Shown here: piece by piece, positions 9,500-17,923 of the stretch
Numbering within the stretch: position 1 is the first letter of the stretch
How the letters are laid out: every line of letters starts with the position of its first letter
DNA from: a virus
Reading direction: 5' to 3' (one strand)
Length of the DNA: 64,000 bases
Virus record (IMG/VR): IMGVR_UViG_3300010885_046411
Coordinates: 1 to 64,000 of that record
Notes under the pieces: generated by a model
Told to the model about the DNA's origin: nothing
The model's input: the letters and a program-made list of their open reading frames with translations, nothing else
Databases searched by the model: none
Position numbers and translations under genes: made by a program

Positions 9500-9717
9500 C
9501 TGGTTTGGAGTTTGAAATTGGGTGCAGGGTTAAGGTGCATAAGTTTTGTGGTGCTGCCCTCTGGCTCTATCCAAACCTCCAGCGATAGGTCTCTGGCTAT
9601 CTTGTATGCCTCGGCGGTTGCTTGCTTGAAGTCTCCGTAGGGCTTAGACTTGAAGCCTTGATTTGTGGGTATTACAATCGAGTACATAATATTTAGGCGA
9701 ATACGCCCATTTTGCAA
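9496..9717 (-). CDS. hypothetical early protein
   Basis: Array member; start uncertain. Confidence 0.55.
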   Translation of the reverse strand: MQNGRIRLNIMYSIVIPTNQGFKSKPYGDFKQATAEAYKIARDLSLEVWIEPEGSTTKLMHLNPAPNFKLQTR

Positions 9718-10112
9718 AGGGTTAGAATACGGGCAAGGCCAGTGTCGGTAATGTCGTCAGTCGCTACGTCTCTGTGTGAGCCATCCTCCCAAAACCCTGC
9801 CCACACTTTATTCATTTCAGGGTGGTATTTGACATTGCAACACGAAACAGCCCTTCCATCTTTTAGGGTGATTAGAAAGTCGTCTAGCCCCATCTGCTTC
9901 ATGCTAAACAGGTCGGGGTAAGCAAGGGCATACGATTGCTCCAACCCCAATGCAGCCCCAACACTAAGGAATTTAATAGGGCCGCGCTGGTTTGGGCTTT
10001 TGTATAGCATAGACCTTAGCTCTAAGTAGTCCCTACCCCGTTGGTGTAGCGTTTCTAGCCATGTGCTAGTTAGGTGCGCGTATTCTGGTGATAGTTGCTG
10101 TTTGTTTTCCAT
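9693..10112 (-). CDS. hypothetical early protein
   Basis: Array member. Confidence 0.65.
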   Translation of the reverse strand: MENKQQLSPEYAHLTSTWLETLHQRGRDYLELRSMLYKSPNQRGPIKFLSVGAALGLEQSYALAYPDLFSMKQMGLDDFLITLKDGRAVSCCNVKYHPEMNKVWAGFWEDGSHRDVATDDITDTGLARILTLCKMGVFA

Positions 10113-10113
10113 G

Positions 10114-10683
10114 TTAAAAAATGAATGTGTCGGTGGGTGGGTATGAGCCGTTACTTTCTGCCAAGCCCCAAGTGCATAGGTAGTCCCAAAGGGCTACATT
10201 TTTGCAGTCGTCGGGCAAGTCGTCAAAAGATATTTTTTTACCTTGCTTGGGGTATTGAGATGTGCTTATCTCCCCGTGTTGGCAAAAACCATGTGGAGCA
10301 AATGGTGTCGCCGACATAGCCACATACTCTGTGGTGTTACGTTCACGGCCTGCATAGCGGCCTGTGAACCATACAGTATAGAGGTCTATGGTTTGGCCGC
10401 CGTTATCTCGTATATCCATGTATCTTGGCTCACGGGTGCCCTCTTTTAGCAAAGACCTTACAGCCTTTTCAAAGGTCTTGCGCTGGTATCGGTGCCAAAT
10501 GGTTCCGTATGAAACATATACATGGGCCTTGGTATAGGCAATGCTGCCATACGTGCCAAATAGTGTATTTGCCCACCACTTAGAGCCTTCTGGCAAGGGG
10601 CCTGCCCATATTACTGCTTGCCCGTATGCGCTCACGCGCATAGCCAAGGGCGGGTATTTCTCTAAGTCTTTTAGTGTTTCCAT
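10114..10683 (-). CDS. phage protein
   Basis: DNGGQT.D.YTV...MS..PF.PHGFCQHG...GKKI.F.DLP motif seen in phage early proteins. Confidence 0.7.
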   Translation of the reverse strand: METLKDLEKYPPLAMRVSAYGQAVIWAGPLPEGSKWWANTLFGTYGSIAYTKAHVYVSYGTIWHRYQRKTFEKAVRSLLKEGTREPRYMDIRDNGGQTIDLYTVWFTGRYAGRERNTTEYVAMSATPFAPHGFCQHGEISTSQYPKQGKKISFDDLPDDCKNVALWDYLCTWGLAESNGSYPPTDTFIF

Positions 10684-10742
10684 GCGTTAAGGGGTGGTGT
10701 TAAAAGGTAAAAAGCGGTTGCCTGTACACCGCAAGGTAGGGG

Positions 10743-11033
10743 TTATTTTTTAGGGAAAGCAACTTGGGAAAAAAGTTTATCAATATCTTCTTGACACATA
10801 TAGCGGTTGCCATCTTCTTCCATCAAGGTAGCATAGGTTAGCCTGCCCCAAGTAGAGCAGTTGGCATAAGCAATTTTTTTGCCTAGCTTTTTCATAACCG
10901 CCGCTTTGATGTTTGGCGTAGACATGGCACGACAAACTTCTTTGCCGTTTTTGTCATAAAAGAAAACAGTTGCGCCCCAGATAGAACCAAGTGAGGCTAA
11001 TTTGTTAGAAGATGAGCTGCGAAGCGTTTTCAT
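10743..11033 (-). CDS. hypothetical early protein
   Basis: Follows the promoter at 11056. Confidence 0.65.
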   Translation of the reverse strand: MKTLRSSSSNKLASLGSIWGATVFFYDKNGKEVCRAMSTPNIKAAVMKKLGKKIAYANCSTWGRLTYATLMEEDGNRYMCQEDIDKLFSQVAFPKK

Positions 11034-11055
11034 GTTGTTGTCCCGTTTGGTAGTA

Positions 11056-11063
11056 CAAAGGTA
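11056..11063 (-). promoter_or_regulatory. -7 element TACCTTTG
   Basis: Exact consensus in an intergenic gap; inverted repeat GCGTAA-N4-TTACGC at 11095-11110 upstream. Confidence 0.65.
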
Positions 11064-11130
11064 TAGGGCCGTATGGCGGCGTTGATTGAAATATGCGTAA
11101 TTACTTACGCGGATATTACATGGTGGGTTA

Positions 11131-11367
11131 TTAAAAAGCTAGTAATACGGCTGTCTGCACGGCTGGGTACTGGTGGCCTCGGTAATCGGCTGCCCATGCC
11201 TGCAACTCCTCTAGGCTGTCAAATACTTGGTAACTATGTAGGTCTCTTAGGTCTGCATCTGTTTGCGCTATCCTAGACTGATAGGCAAAGGGTGCGGACT
11301 TGTGGGGTATCTCGCATACCCATTGGCCGCGTTTAACGGCTAGGTCGGTGGTATTGTCTGTGTTCAT
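11131..11367 (-). CDS. hypothetical early protein
   Basis: Array member. Confidence 0.6.
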   Translation of the reverse strand: MNTDNTTDLAVKRGQWVCEIPHKSAPFAYQSRIAQTDADLRDLHSYQVFDSLEELQAWAADYRGHQYPAVQTAVLLAF

Positions 11368-11379
11368 GGTTACGGGGTG

Positions 11380-11601
11380 TTAGGTGGTTCGCTTTGCGTG
11401 TCTGAAAAGCATAGAGGAAATTTTGCCCACAATCCCCCCTCTGGTTGATAGGTCTGAGAAAATTTGCGTTGCTATGGGCTTGCCTACGCCACTTACTAAG
11501 TCTTTGTAAACGGTGTAGGGCTTATCGGTGTTATCCGATATAATGTTTGCCATCTGGTCTAATAGGGCCGCTTTTCTATCGGCTTGCGTATGTGTTTGCA
11601 T
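11380..11601 (-). CDS. hypothetical early protein
   Basis: Array member. Confidence 0.6.
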   Translation of the reverse strand: MQTHTQADRKAALLDQMANIISDNTDKPYTVYKDLVSGVGKPIATQIFSDLSTRGGIVGKISSMLFRHAKRTT

Positions 11602-11615
11602 GGTGGTAGGGTGGG

Positions 11616-11918
11616 TTAAACGTGGGCTAGTTGGTTGGCTACGGTTGCGGCACGTAGGGCTGCCTGCTTACCTGTCTGTAAGCCACTCCAGCCATTAACA
11701 GGCGGGTTGTAAAGGGCATGTATATGCCCATTCCCTTGCAACCCCCATGCGTTAAGGCTCTGCCCCTCGGCTAGTAATTTGGCTGCATGGGTGCGAAAGG
11801 CGGCAATATCTGCATAGCCGTACTGTGCTAAATTACCGTTATGGTTGCGCATGAATTTTTGGTAAAAATTTGCATCTTCATGCAAGCCGTTTACGGTTTG
11901 GTTGTGGCAAGTTGTCAT
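11616..11918 (-). CDS. hypothetical early protein
   Basis: Likely ATG 11918; the ORF-track GTG start lies inside the RNA repeat. Confidence 0.65.
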   Translation of the reverse strand: MTTCHNQTVNGLHEDANFYQKFMRNHNGNLAQYGYADIAAFRTHAAKLLAEGQSLNAWGLQGNGHIHALYNPPVNGWSGLQTGKQAALRAATVANQLAHV

Positions 11919-11926
11919 TTTTAAAG

Positions 11927-12002
11927 GTGTTAAAATAGAGCGGTATTGCTCTGAGCGCACATCTAGCAGCGAACTAGGTAAGCCCTACGGCTTGTGTGCG
12001 CT
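11927..12002 (-). ncRNA. structured leader RNA, copy 1 (three-way junction with T-loop plus hairpin)
   Basis: 66/76 nt identical to 13562-13637; every stem difference is compensatory. Confidence 0.7.
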
Positions 12003-12011
12003 TGGGTTAGT

Positions 12012-12197
12012 CTATTTGTAGTATTGCCTATCTGAGCCATCTGGCATAATTAGTAGAACTTTATAACCTTTATTGGCTAATTGTTTAGCCCTATCTTTTG
12101 CGTCCTTTTCATTTGTGAAGCTATGTTCATAGCTATCTGAAAATACACTTTTTGTGAATTTCACAGTGAATTTCACAGTGAATTTTTGAGTGTTCAT
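12012..12197 (-). CDS. hypothetical early protein
   Basis: Contains a 12-bp tandem repeat encoding KFTV-KFTV-KFT. Confidence 0.6.
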   Translation of the reverse strand: MNTQKFTVKFTVKFTKSVFSDSYEHSFTNEKDAKDRAKQLANKGYKVLLIMPDGSDRQYYK

Positions 12198-12221
12198 GCT
12201 TGGTAGGGGTTGGGCTGGGGT

Positions 12222-12839
12222 TTAGATTTGTTCGCCGTTCTCTGTAAATTCGTACTCGTTGGCTTCTAAAGACTCAGATACGGCCTCGTCGCTTGTAAGG
12301 TCTTCGTATGCGGCTTTTAGGTCTTTATACAGTTGCTTGCAAAGGGTGCGATATTCTTGGGTTGCCTCATCTGCTATCTTATCGCAAATGGCATACAAAT
12401 ACGCTTCTAGGTTTGGCCAGTGCCCGTATGGCATGCCGTCTTTCAGGTCTTCAAAAACATCTCCAGCGTCTATATAGCGCGTTCTTTCGTGGCAGTATTG
12501 ATTAAACCATAGGTTTTTGGCTATGCCTACCTTGTTTCTTGCGTATGCTTCGCATATCTTAGCAAAGCGGGTGCCTTTATAGTTGTCTTCAACCCATTTT
12601 TTTAGGTCAAAAGTGCCCTCAAAGCACGCCCCGTCCCCTTGCGAATTGAAGCCAGAAAAAAGAATATCTGAGGGCTCAAAATAGCCGTATTCTTTGAGCG
12701 TTTCTCTGAACCCTTCATATACTGAGTCCCACCATTCGCCGTATTCTACGTTAAAATAGCGGTGCTGCTCAATAGCTTTTTGTTTTGCCTCTTCTGAAAG
12801 CTCGGCAAACATATAGGCGGTTGTTTCAATAGTTCTCAT
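12222..12839 (-). CDS. acidic phage early protein
   Basis: MRTIETTAY.FAELSEEAKQKAIE...FSGF.SQGDGA.F...EANEYEFTENG; a family often found in mobile-element leading regions. Confidence 0.75.
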   Translation of the reverse strand: MRTIETTAYMFAELSEEAKQKAIEQHRYFNVEYGEWWDSVYEGFRETLKEYGYFEPSDILFSGFNSQGDGACFEGTFDLKKWVEDNYKGTRFAKICEAYARNKVGIAKNLWFNQYCHERTRYIDAGDVFEDLKDGMPYGHWPNLEAYLYAICDKIADEATQEYRTLCKQLYKDLKAAYEDLTSDEAVSESLEANEYEFTENGEQI

Positions 12840-12840
12840 C

Positions 12841-12948
12841 TTATCGGGTTGCCACTTGCGCGGCGGGTTTGGTGGTGAAAAGGTGGCGGTTTGAATGTAT
12901 AGCCCACACTAGGCAGGCTATTAGTAAAAGGGTGGATAGGGTGCGCAT
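12841..12948 (-). CDS. 35-aa membrane/secreted peptide
   Basis: MRTLSTLLLIACLVWAIHSNRHLFTTKPAAQVATR; fills the gap exactly. Confidence 0.5.
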   Translation of the reverse strand: MRTLSTLLLIACLVWAIHSNRHLFTTKPAAQVATR

Positions 12949-12952
12949 GGGT

Positions 12953-13267
12953 TTAGGCGAGTATTAAGGCCGTTTCCTCTTTGCTTATACGCGCTGCATG
13001 GTATAGGGCTGTGCCTATGTCGGTGTAGGCTTGGAACTCACCTTCGGTATCAATAGCCCCGCTATGCAGAGACCTGCGCAGGCTGTATTTGCGTGTATGG
13101 CCTTCGCCAAATGTGCATTTTTCAGAAGACACAAACAGCGTTGAGCCTTCTGAGCCTGCAAATGTTTTTTCACTGAAACGCGAGGCAAAAAAGCGCAGCG
13201 CACCTTTGTCAAAAAAGTGGTGCCCGATTAGCTTGTTAGCCCATTTAATCTCTTGTAATGTTCTCAT
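12953..13267 (-). CDS. phage protein (DUF7447-like)
   Basis: GHHFFDKGALRFF.SR...FVSSE...R.Y..R motif. Confidence 0.65.
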   Translation of the reverse strand: MRTLQEIKWANKLIGHHFFDKGALRFFASRFSEKTFAGSEGSTLFVSSEKCTFGEGHTRKYSLRRSLHSGAIDTEGEFQAYTDIGTALYHAARISKEETALILA

Positions 13268-13331
13268 AACATAGGCCCGTATTTTCGCACGGGCGGGCGG
13301 GTAAGGGTAAGGGGTGAAAAGGTGTAAAGTG

Positions 13332-13553
13332 TTAGGCGGTTAGACGGTTGTTTATTAACCTGTGGCAAGCTCTGGCCATATCCCATGGCGTTTGGTAGTC
13401 TGGGTTAGGGTGAATGTATCCGACATCTTGTAACCTTAGAAACAGGTTGCGCGATTGAGATAGCATTTTGATTGCACTTGCGTTATTCTTGCTGCGGGTG
13501 TAAGAGCCTGCAAAAAGACTAACCGCCTTACTGTACATTCGGTCGTTATTCAT
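13332..13553 (-). CDS. hypothetical early protein
   Basis: Likely ATG 13553, downstream of RNA repeat copy 2. Confidence 0.6.
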   Translation of the reverse strand: MNNDRMYSKAVSLFAGSYTRSKNNASAIKMLSQSRNLFLRLQDVGYIHPNPDYQTPWDMARACHRLINNRLTA

Positions 13554-13561
13554 TGGTAAAA

Positions 13562-13637
13562 GTGTTAAAATAGAGCGGCATTGCTCTGAGCGCACATACG
13601 GTAACGAACCGTGTAAGCCCTATGGCTTGTGTGCGCT
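13562..13637 (-). ncRNA. structured leader RNA, copy 2
   Basis: Second copy of 11927-12002; contains the T-arm-like hairpin ACGG-TTCGTTA-CCGT. Confidence 0.7.
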
Positions 13638-13647
13638 GGGTGGGCTG

Positions 13648-14169
13648 TTAGTAGTTTACATAGTTTTGTATGGTTTCATAGGCCCATTCGGGGTACATGG
13701 TATGCCAGTCAGCACCTTGTAAATAGTCTAAATAGCTATACTTGATTATGCCTGAACGTATAATTTGCAGCCGTTCGCGCCTATCCATTTGCGCCCATGC
13801 TTCGTGCATCTCTTCAATTTCACGTTCAAAATAGTCATCTTCATCCAAACTTGGATAGTCTTCTATTTCTGACAAGATGGCTTCACATTCTGCCAACTTT
13901 GGGCTATCTTCACGTATTAGGATAGCATCTACATGCCCGCACGCCCAATGGCCAAAACAGGCTGTAAATTCTGTATCTGTTTCCGTCGTAGTTATACCTA
14001 AACGGTCTAAAATTGTTTCGTAGTTACTGTTTAGCAGTATGCCGCTATCACCGGTTCTGCTATACATTACAAAGCAATTATCATATTGCTCTCCCATGTA
14101 GCTATCGGGATGTTTCCATCTCTTAGCTTCAAGCAAGGGGTATTGTGTAGGTGTTTCAATCGTTGTCAT
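13648..14169 (-). CDS. acidic phage protein
   Basis: SNY...FGHWACGHVD...L..I.DYP.LDEDDY.E.E motif. Confidence 0.7.
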   Translation of the reverse strand: MTTIETPTQYPLLEAKRWKHPDSYMGEQYDNCFVMYSRTGDSGILLNSNYETILDRLGITTTETDTEFTACFGHWACGHVDAILIREDSPKLAECEAILSEIEDYPSLDEDDYFEREIEEMHEAWAQMDRRERLQIIRSGIIKYSYLDYLQGADWHTMYPEWAYETIQNYVNY

Positions 14170-14194
14170 GTTCGTGTTGGTGTTGGGTTGAGGG

Positions 14195-14401
14195 TTAGAC
14201 GGTTACGGGTTCGTTCCAAATACATTTGGCATCTTCTGCAAGTACATAGGCGCGGAACTTAGAACGGGCCTCTCTTAGACCACAATAGGCGTATGCCTGT
14301 TTGTACTCTACACATTTGTAGGTAGTGCGACAAATGATACAAGATAAGCCACCAAAAGTCCTTACCTTTTCTGTGCTTATGTCAAACTGTGCTTTTGTCA
14401 T
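14195..14401 (-). CDS. hypothetical early protein
   Basis: Likely ATG 14401. Confidence 0.55.
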   Translation of the reverse strand: MTKAQFDISTEKVRTFGGLSCIICRTTYKCVEYKQAYAYCGLREARSKFRAYVLAEDAKCIWNEPVTV

Positions 14402-14423
14402 GTTGGTTAGATGGTTAGAGGGT

Positions 14424-14612
14424 TTATTGATTAACGTGACGCGTTTTAATTGTTTGCACATTGTACCCAGCACAGGCCAGCCGTTCTACAACAGCAGCGA
14501 CGGCTAGTACCTTAGACGTAGCTTGTATGTGTTCTATACAAAACCAAACACCCCATTTGCCCCAAGCGTCAGAGTAGCCAGCGTGCGTAACAGCGAACCA
14601 AAAATTTTTCAT
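14424..14612 (-). CDS. hypothetical early protein
   Basis: Likely ATG 14612; first gene after the promoter at 14661. Confidence 0.55.
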   Translation of the reverse strand: MKNFWFAVTHAGYSDAWGKWGVWFCIEHIQATSKVLAVAAVVERLACAGYNVQTIKTRHVNQ

Positions 14613-14660
14613 GTTGAAGATGATAATAGGGTAGCACCATTGCCACCCTGTTTGATACTT

Positions 14661-14668
14661 CAAATATA
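14661..14668 (-). promoter_or_regulatory. -7 element TATATTTG driving the early array
   Basis: Exact consensus with TTTG about 16 nt upstream; palindrome TTACGCGTAA at 14711-14720. Confidence 0.65.
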
Positions 14669-15204
14669 GAACGCCCGTTTTACGCAAATACTTAAATAAC
14701 AGCGAAAAACTTACGCGTAACTTACATAGGTTAATTTATTTATAGATACAACGAAACTCTATTACATACACCCAAACCGTTGTATATCATGCCTACCTAA
14801 ACATGTACAGAATAACGTACATACATTCTACTAACAAACTGCCACCACAGCCCAACACATACCACTGCCAAATAGGCACTATGCCATAAATCAAACTGAA
14901 CGGCCCCAACTCTTACAAGGCACCCAGACCGCATAGGTAGCCCTTAGATGCGGATATATGTATGGGGTAAGTATCTCCATAGGCTAGCCGATACGGGTAA
15001 CATATACGATAGTAGGAGATAGTTAGCAGATAGACTAGTTATGGGAGTCCTACTCTTTCGCCTCTCTCTCCCCCTTTCCCTCACCCCTCTCTATCCTATT
15101 TAACATAACGAAGCCCGTTTCCTTGAAACGTACGTACCATAGCCCTACCTAAATCCGTACAGCCAAACGTAGGAGCCTTCATTATGTTAAGTACACCCAT
15201 AGAA

Positions 15205-15283
15205 TGTATCTATTTAGATACAACCATCGTCGGACTGTATCTATTTGGATACATGCACCCCGACTCTTGGATACATGCACCCC
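15205..15283. repeat. palindromic, iteron-like repeats
   Basis: TGTATCTA-TT-TAGATACA (15205), TGTATCTATTTGGATACATGCACCCC (15236), TTGGATACATGCACCCC (15267). Confidence 0.7.
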
Positions 15284-16029
15284 GCCCCTTTGCTCTTAAG
15301 GGCAAGGGATACGCGGTAAGCGTAAGCCCTGCACCCGTTGCCCCGCCTATTACACCCCGACCCCACCCCCTCACACCCTTTCCGTCGGGGGATTGCTCGG
15401 CAGGCGGGGGTGTATATATGTTACTCCGCCCATTCTGACTATGCGCTACGGTAAACCCTCCTGCCACTCTGAGTTTGCTGCTACGAATAACATTCTGTCT
15501 GCACGTATGCTTTACGCTGCTATATGTACTGCTTTCGTTTCATATTGACGGGTATTTGCTACGGCTCCGTATTTGTTAGCCTCGGTGGGAAACAAGCTGC
15601 ATTCTGTAGGAATGTACGCGTACTTTGTAGCAGGGTGGTTAAGCCGTGTAGGTTTTAGACCGCTTCGGTTGTTATACGGCTACGCGCTTGTAGCGCTTGC
15701 CTACAACCTAGCTTAGTAGTGTTTTTTTTGTGATTAGCGCGCGGTGGTAGCGCCCTGCGCGTACACAAGCGTGCGTGCTGGTAGTTTGTATGTTTTGGCG
15801 CGTATTGTAGCGTAGCGTACAATTAAGCGCCGTATTCGGTGTGTCTGTGGTAATATACCGCTGCTAGGTTATAGGTATCGGCGGGTTTGGCTCCGCGCTG
15901 TTGGCGCTTGCCTCACCGCCTATTGTATATAGGGAAAGGTATGCGCTATTGGGGAGCGTATGCGGGTAGAGAGAGGATATGGCTAGGATATAGTTATATT
16001 CCCCCCCTGTTAAAATACTTAAATATTTT

Positions 16030-16242
16030 AATCTATGCTAATCATACTGTATGGTTTAGTATGACCGTGCATGGGTAGTAATGTGGGGGAACCGAAGTAT
16101 GAAGGTAAAGGATTTGAACCTTGTTTCATTACTGTATAACACTGGGCGCATTGACCTGAACCAAGCCACGTGTTATGTAGGCAAGTGTAGTAGTATCTGG
16201 GATGCACTATAAGATGGCATACGGAGTATTCCGTCCACTACT
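16030..16242 (-). ncRNA. candidate structured ncRNA
   Basis: Own TATCTTTG promoter, no ORF, multiple stems, AAGG-TTCAAAT-CCTT T-loop. Confidence 0.5.
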
Positions 16243-16246
16243 GCAA

Positions 16247-16254
16247 CAAAGATA
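16247..16254 (-). promoter_or_regulatory. -7 element TATCTTTG
   Basis: Exact consensus pointing into an ORF-free region. Confidence 0.6.
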
Positions 16255-16333
16255 ATACATACCTAAGGTTATTTCCAAATCTGCGTACATCTTTTTTTTT
16301 CCAAATTAGTTGTTGCGATAATAAAAAGTGTTG

Positions 16334-16375
16334 TACCTTTGTCAAGTGCTACAAGGCTCTCCCTTCGAATCATAA
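16334..16375 (+). promoter_or_regulatory. promoter TACCTTTG plus tnpB-derived 9-codon leader
   Basis: 30/36 nt identical to the 5' end of the mini-tnpB (26564-26529, minus strand). Confidence 0.6.
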
Positions 16376-16378
16376 ATT

Positions 16379-16636
16379 ATGGAAACCAACACCTTCAAAG
16401 AGTCTGCTCTAATGCAGATGCTAACAACGGCATGTAATGAGGCTGTGTTGTCTTTTCACAACGCAGTAGCCGTTAGCCCTAAATTATATGATTGGGTAAG
16501 GTCAATGCAGCCCACTAACACAGACCCAGAAAGGGTCGGCTTTATGGGTGTTCATGTAATTCTTGCAGAAAGCCTGCCCGAATATTCTTGCATACCATGT
16601 CTTCTAAGTAAAGACTTAGACGCTATCCCCTCATAG
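16379..16636 (+). CDS. hypothetical protein
   Basis: First gene of the rightward operon. Confidence 0.65.
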   Translation: METNTFKESALMQMLTTACNEAVLSFHNAVAVSPKLYDWVRSMQPTNTDPERVGFMGVHVILAESLPEYSCIPCLLSKDLDAIPS

Positions 16637-16638
16637 CC

Positions 16639-16851
16639 ATGCACAATAAAACAACAGCAGAACGCCTAGAGGCTATTGCCACCAGTGCTATGCAAGGCAT
16701 ATTGGCAAGTGATTCTATTTACGCACAGCATGTAATGCGAGAGGGTGGTGATTGCCGCAAAAAAGAGATAGTATCTGCTAGTTTTACGCTAGCCAAAATG
16801 CTGCTTGAAAAAATAGACAACGACACAGCCGACCCAAACAACCAGCAATAA
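16639..16851 (+). CDS. small phage protein
   Basis: RLE.IA..AMQGILA...A..LL motif. Confidence 0.7.
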   Translation: MHNKTTAERLEAIATSAMQGILASDSIYAQHVMREGGDCRKKEIVSASFTLAKMLLEKIDNDTADPNNQQ

Positions 16852-16856
16852 CGCCT

Positions 16857-17204
16857 ATGTTTACTGCCAAAGAAATCCAAGACGACCTAAGCGGCTTTCT
16901 GTCGCTAAATAATGCCGTACAATCTATTGTAACGCTGCTAGAGTATCAAGTAGCCGATGCTCTTAATAGCATATTTGGCATAGCAGAGATAGAGATTGCT
17001 AACATAGCCGACGACTATGGTCTTGCTACTGTAGATGCAGATGGCTACCGTATATGTACGCCAGAACTACAAACCGCCATAGAAAAAGAACTTGATGAGG
17101 CTGGCTATTGGTATGAGTTTAATCTTATTTCCATAAGCAGCATAGATGTGCTTGAGCCATCGCACCAGCGTTTAACCATCTCCACCCTTGACAAGCCCGA
17201 ATAG
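16857..17204 (+). CDS. hypothetical acidic protein
   Basis: Operon member. Confidence 0.65.
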   Translation: MFTAKEIQDDLSGFLSLNNAVQSIVTLLEYQVADALNSIFGIAEIEIANIADDYGLATVDADGYRICTPELQTAIEKELDEAGYWYEFNLISISSIDVLEPSHQRLTISTLDKPE

Positions 17205-17206
17205 CA

Positions 17207-17464
17207 ATGAACAAGCCTTTAACAGCAAAAGAATTAGAGGTTTTGTCGTTGAACAACCTAAAAATTGTTCAGCAAGCACACTCTGATGGGTTATATTTGC
17301 TTATCCCTGTTGATATAGAAAAACCGTCTGTATCTTTTGGGATTAGGCTTAAACAGTTCTCTAGCCCACAAGAGGCGTATGATACGGTTTTAGAAGGGCT
17401 AAAAGAAAACAAGACACAGATTCCATTTACAGAAGAGATAGAGTCTGTGTTCCACGCAAAATAA
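17207..17464 (+). CDS. hypothetical protein
   Basis: Operon member. Confidence 0.6.
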   Translation: MNKPLTAKELEVLSLNNLKIVQQAHSDGLYLLIPVDIEKPSVSFGIRLKQFSSPQEAYDTVLEGLKENKTQIPFTEEIESVFHAK

Positions 17465-17501
17465 ACTCTTACAGAAGACCAACTGTTCCCACCCAATAGC
17501 C

Positions 17502-17720
17502 ATGCCAGTTTACAAGCGTAGAGGTAAAACATGGGTGCCCATATACAACAAGCGTGAACGCGCTATTGTTGAGGGCTACCATGCCCCGCTTGAAAAGTGC
17601 TATGCCCCACCGCGCCAACGTAACCTAACCCCCATAACCACCGAGCAGAAACAACAACTGCTTAAAAATGGGGCTAAATGTGTTTCCATGTCCACGACCA
17701 CCCATAAACAGCAATTATGA
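17502..17720 (+). CDS. hypothetical basic protein
   Basis: ATGA-coupled to the next gene. Confidence 0.55.
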   Translation: MPVYKRRGKTWVPIYNKRERAIVEGYHAPLEKCYAPPRQRNLTPITTEQKQQLLKNGAKCVSMSTTTHKQQL

Positions 17721-17923
17721 TTCCCGTACCCAACGAACAACTCATAAGCCTTAGAGTGTGGGCCTATGACAAAGCCACCGAACAAAACGTTGATAGGCCA
17801 GAGAAACGTGCCAACGATATTATTGATTGGCTGCTGTCTAACCCCGAAGGCACCAGGTCTCTTACACCTGTATTAGAGAGCGGTGGCCCCGCTTTAGAAG
17901 AAGACCTTGTGCCAGTCCAATGA
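17717..17923 (+). CDS. hypothetical protein
   Basis: ATGA coupling on both sides. Confidence 0.6.
   Translation: MIPVPNEQLISLRVWAYDKATEQNVDRPEKRANDIIDWLLSNPEGTRSLTPVLESGGPALEEDLVPVQ

Noticed and set aside
11927-12002. Hammerhead ribozyme reading of the repeat
   Set aside because: The CUGAnGA/GAAA core is absent on both strands.
15802-15816. Partial match (TGTAGCGTAG) to the putative omega-RNA guide
   Set aside because: Only about 10 contiguous nt, mismatched at the seed end and without the TCAT motif; compatible with chance.
15184-16078. ORF-track ORFs in the divergence region
   Set aside because: Low-complexity translations of repeats and skewed DNA, with no promoter or operon context.
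16095-16135. tRNA gene suggested by GGTTCAAATCC
   Set aside because: No acceptor, D or anticodon arms at tRNA spacing; kept only as part of the ncRNA candidate.
14690-16378. CRISPR mini-array in the non-coding region
   Set aside because: The repeats at 15205-15283 are short, unequal and overlapping, with no regular spacers.
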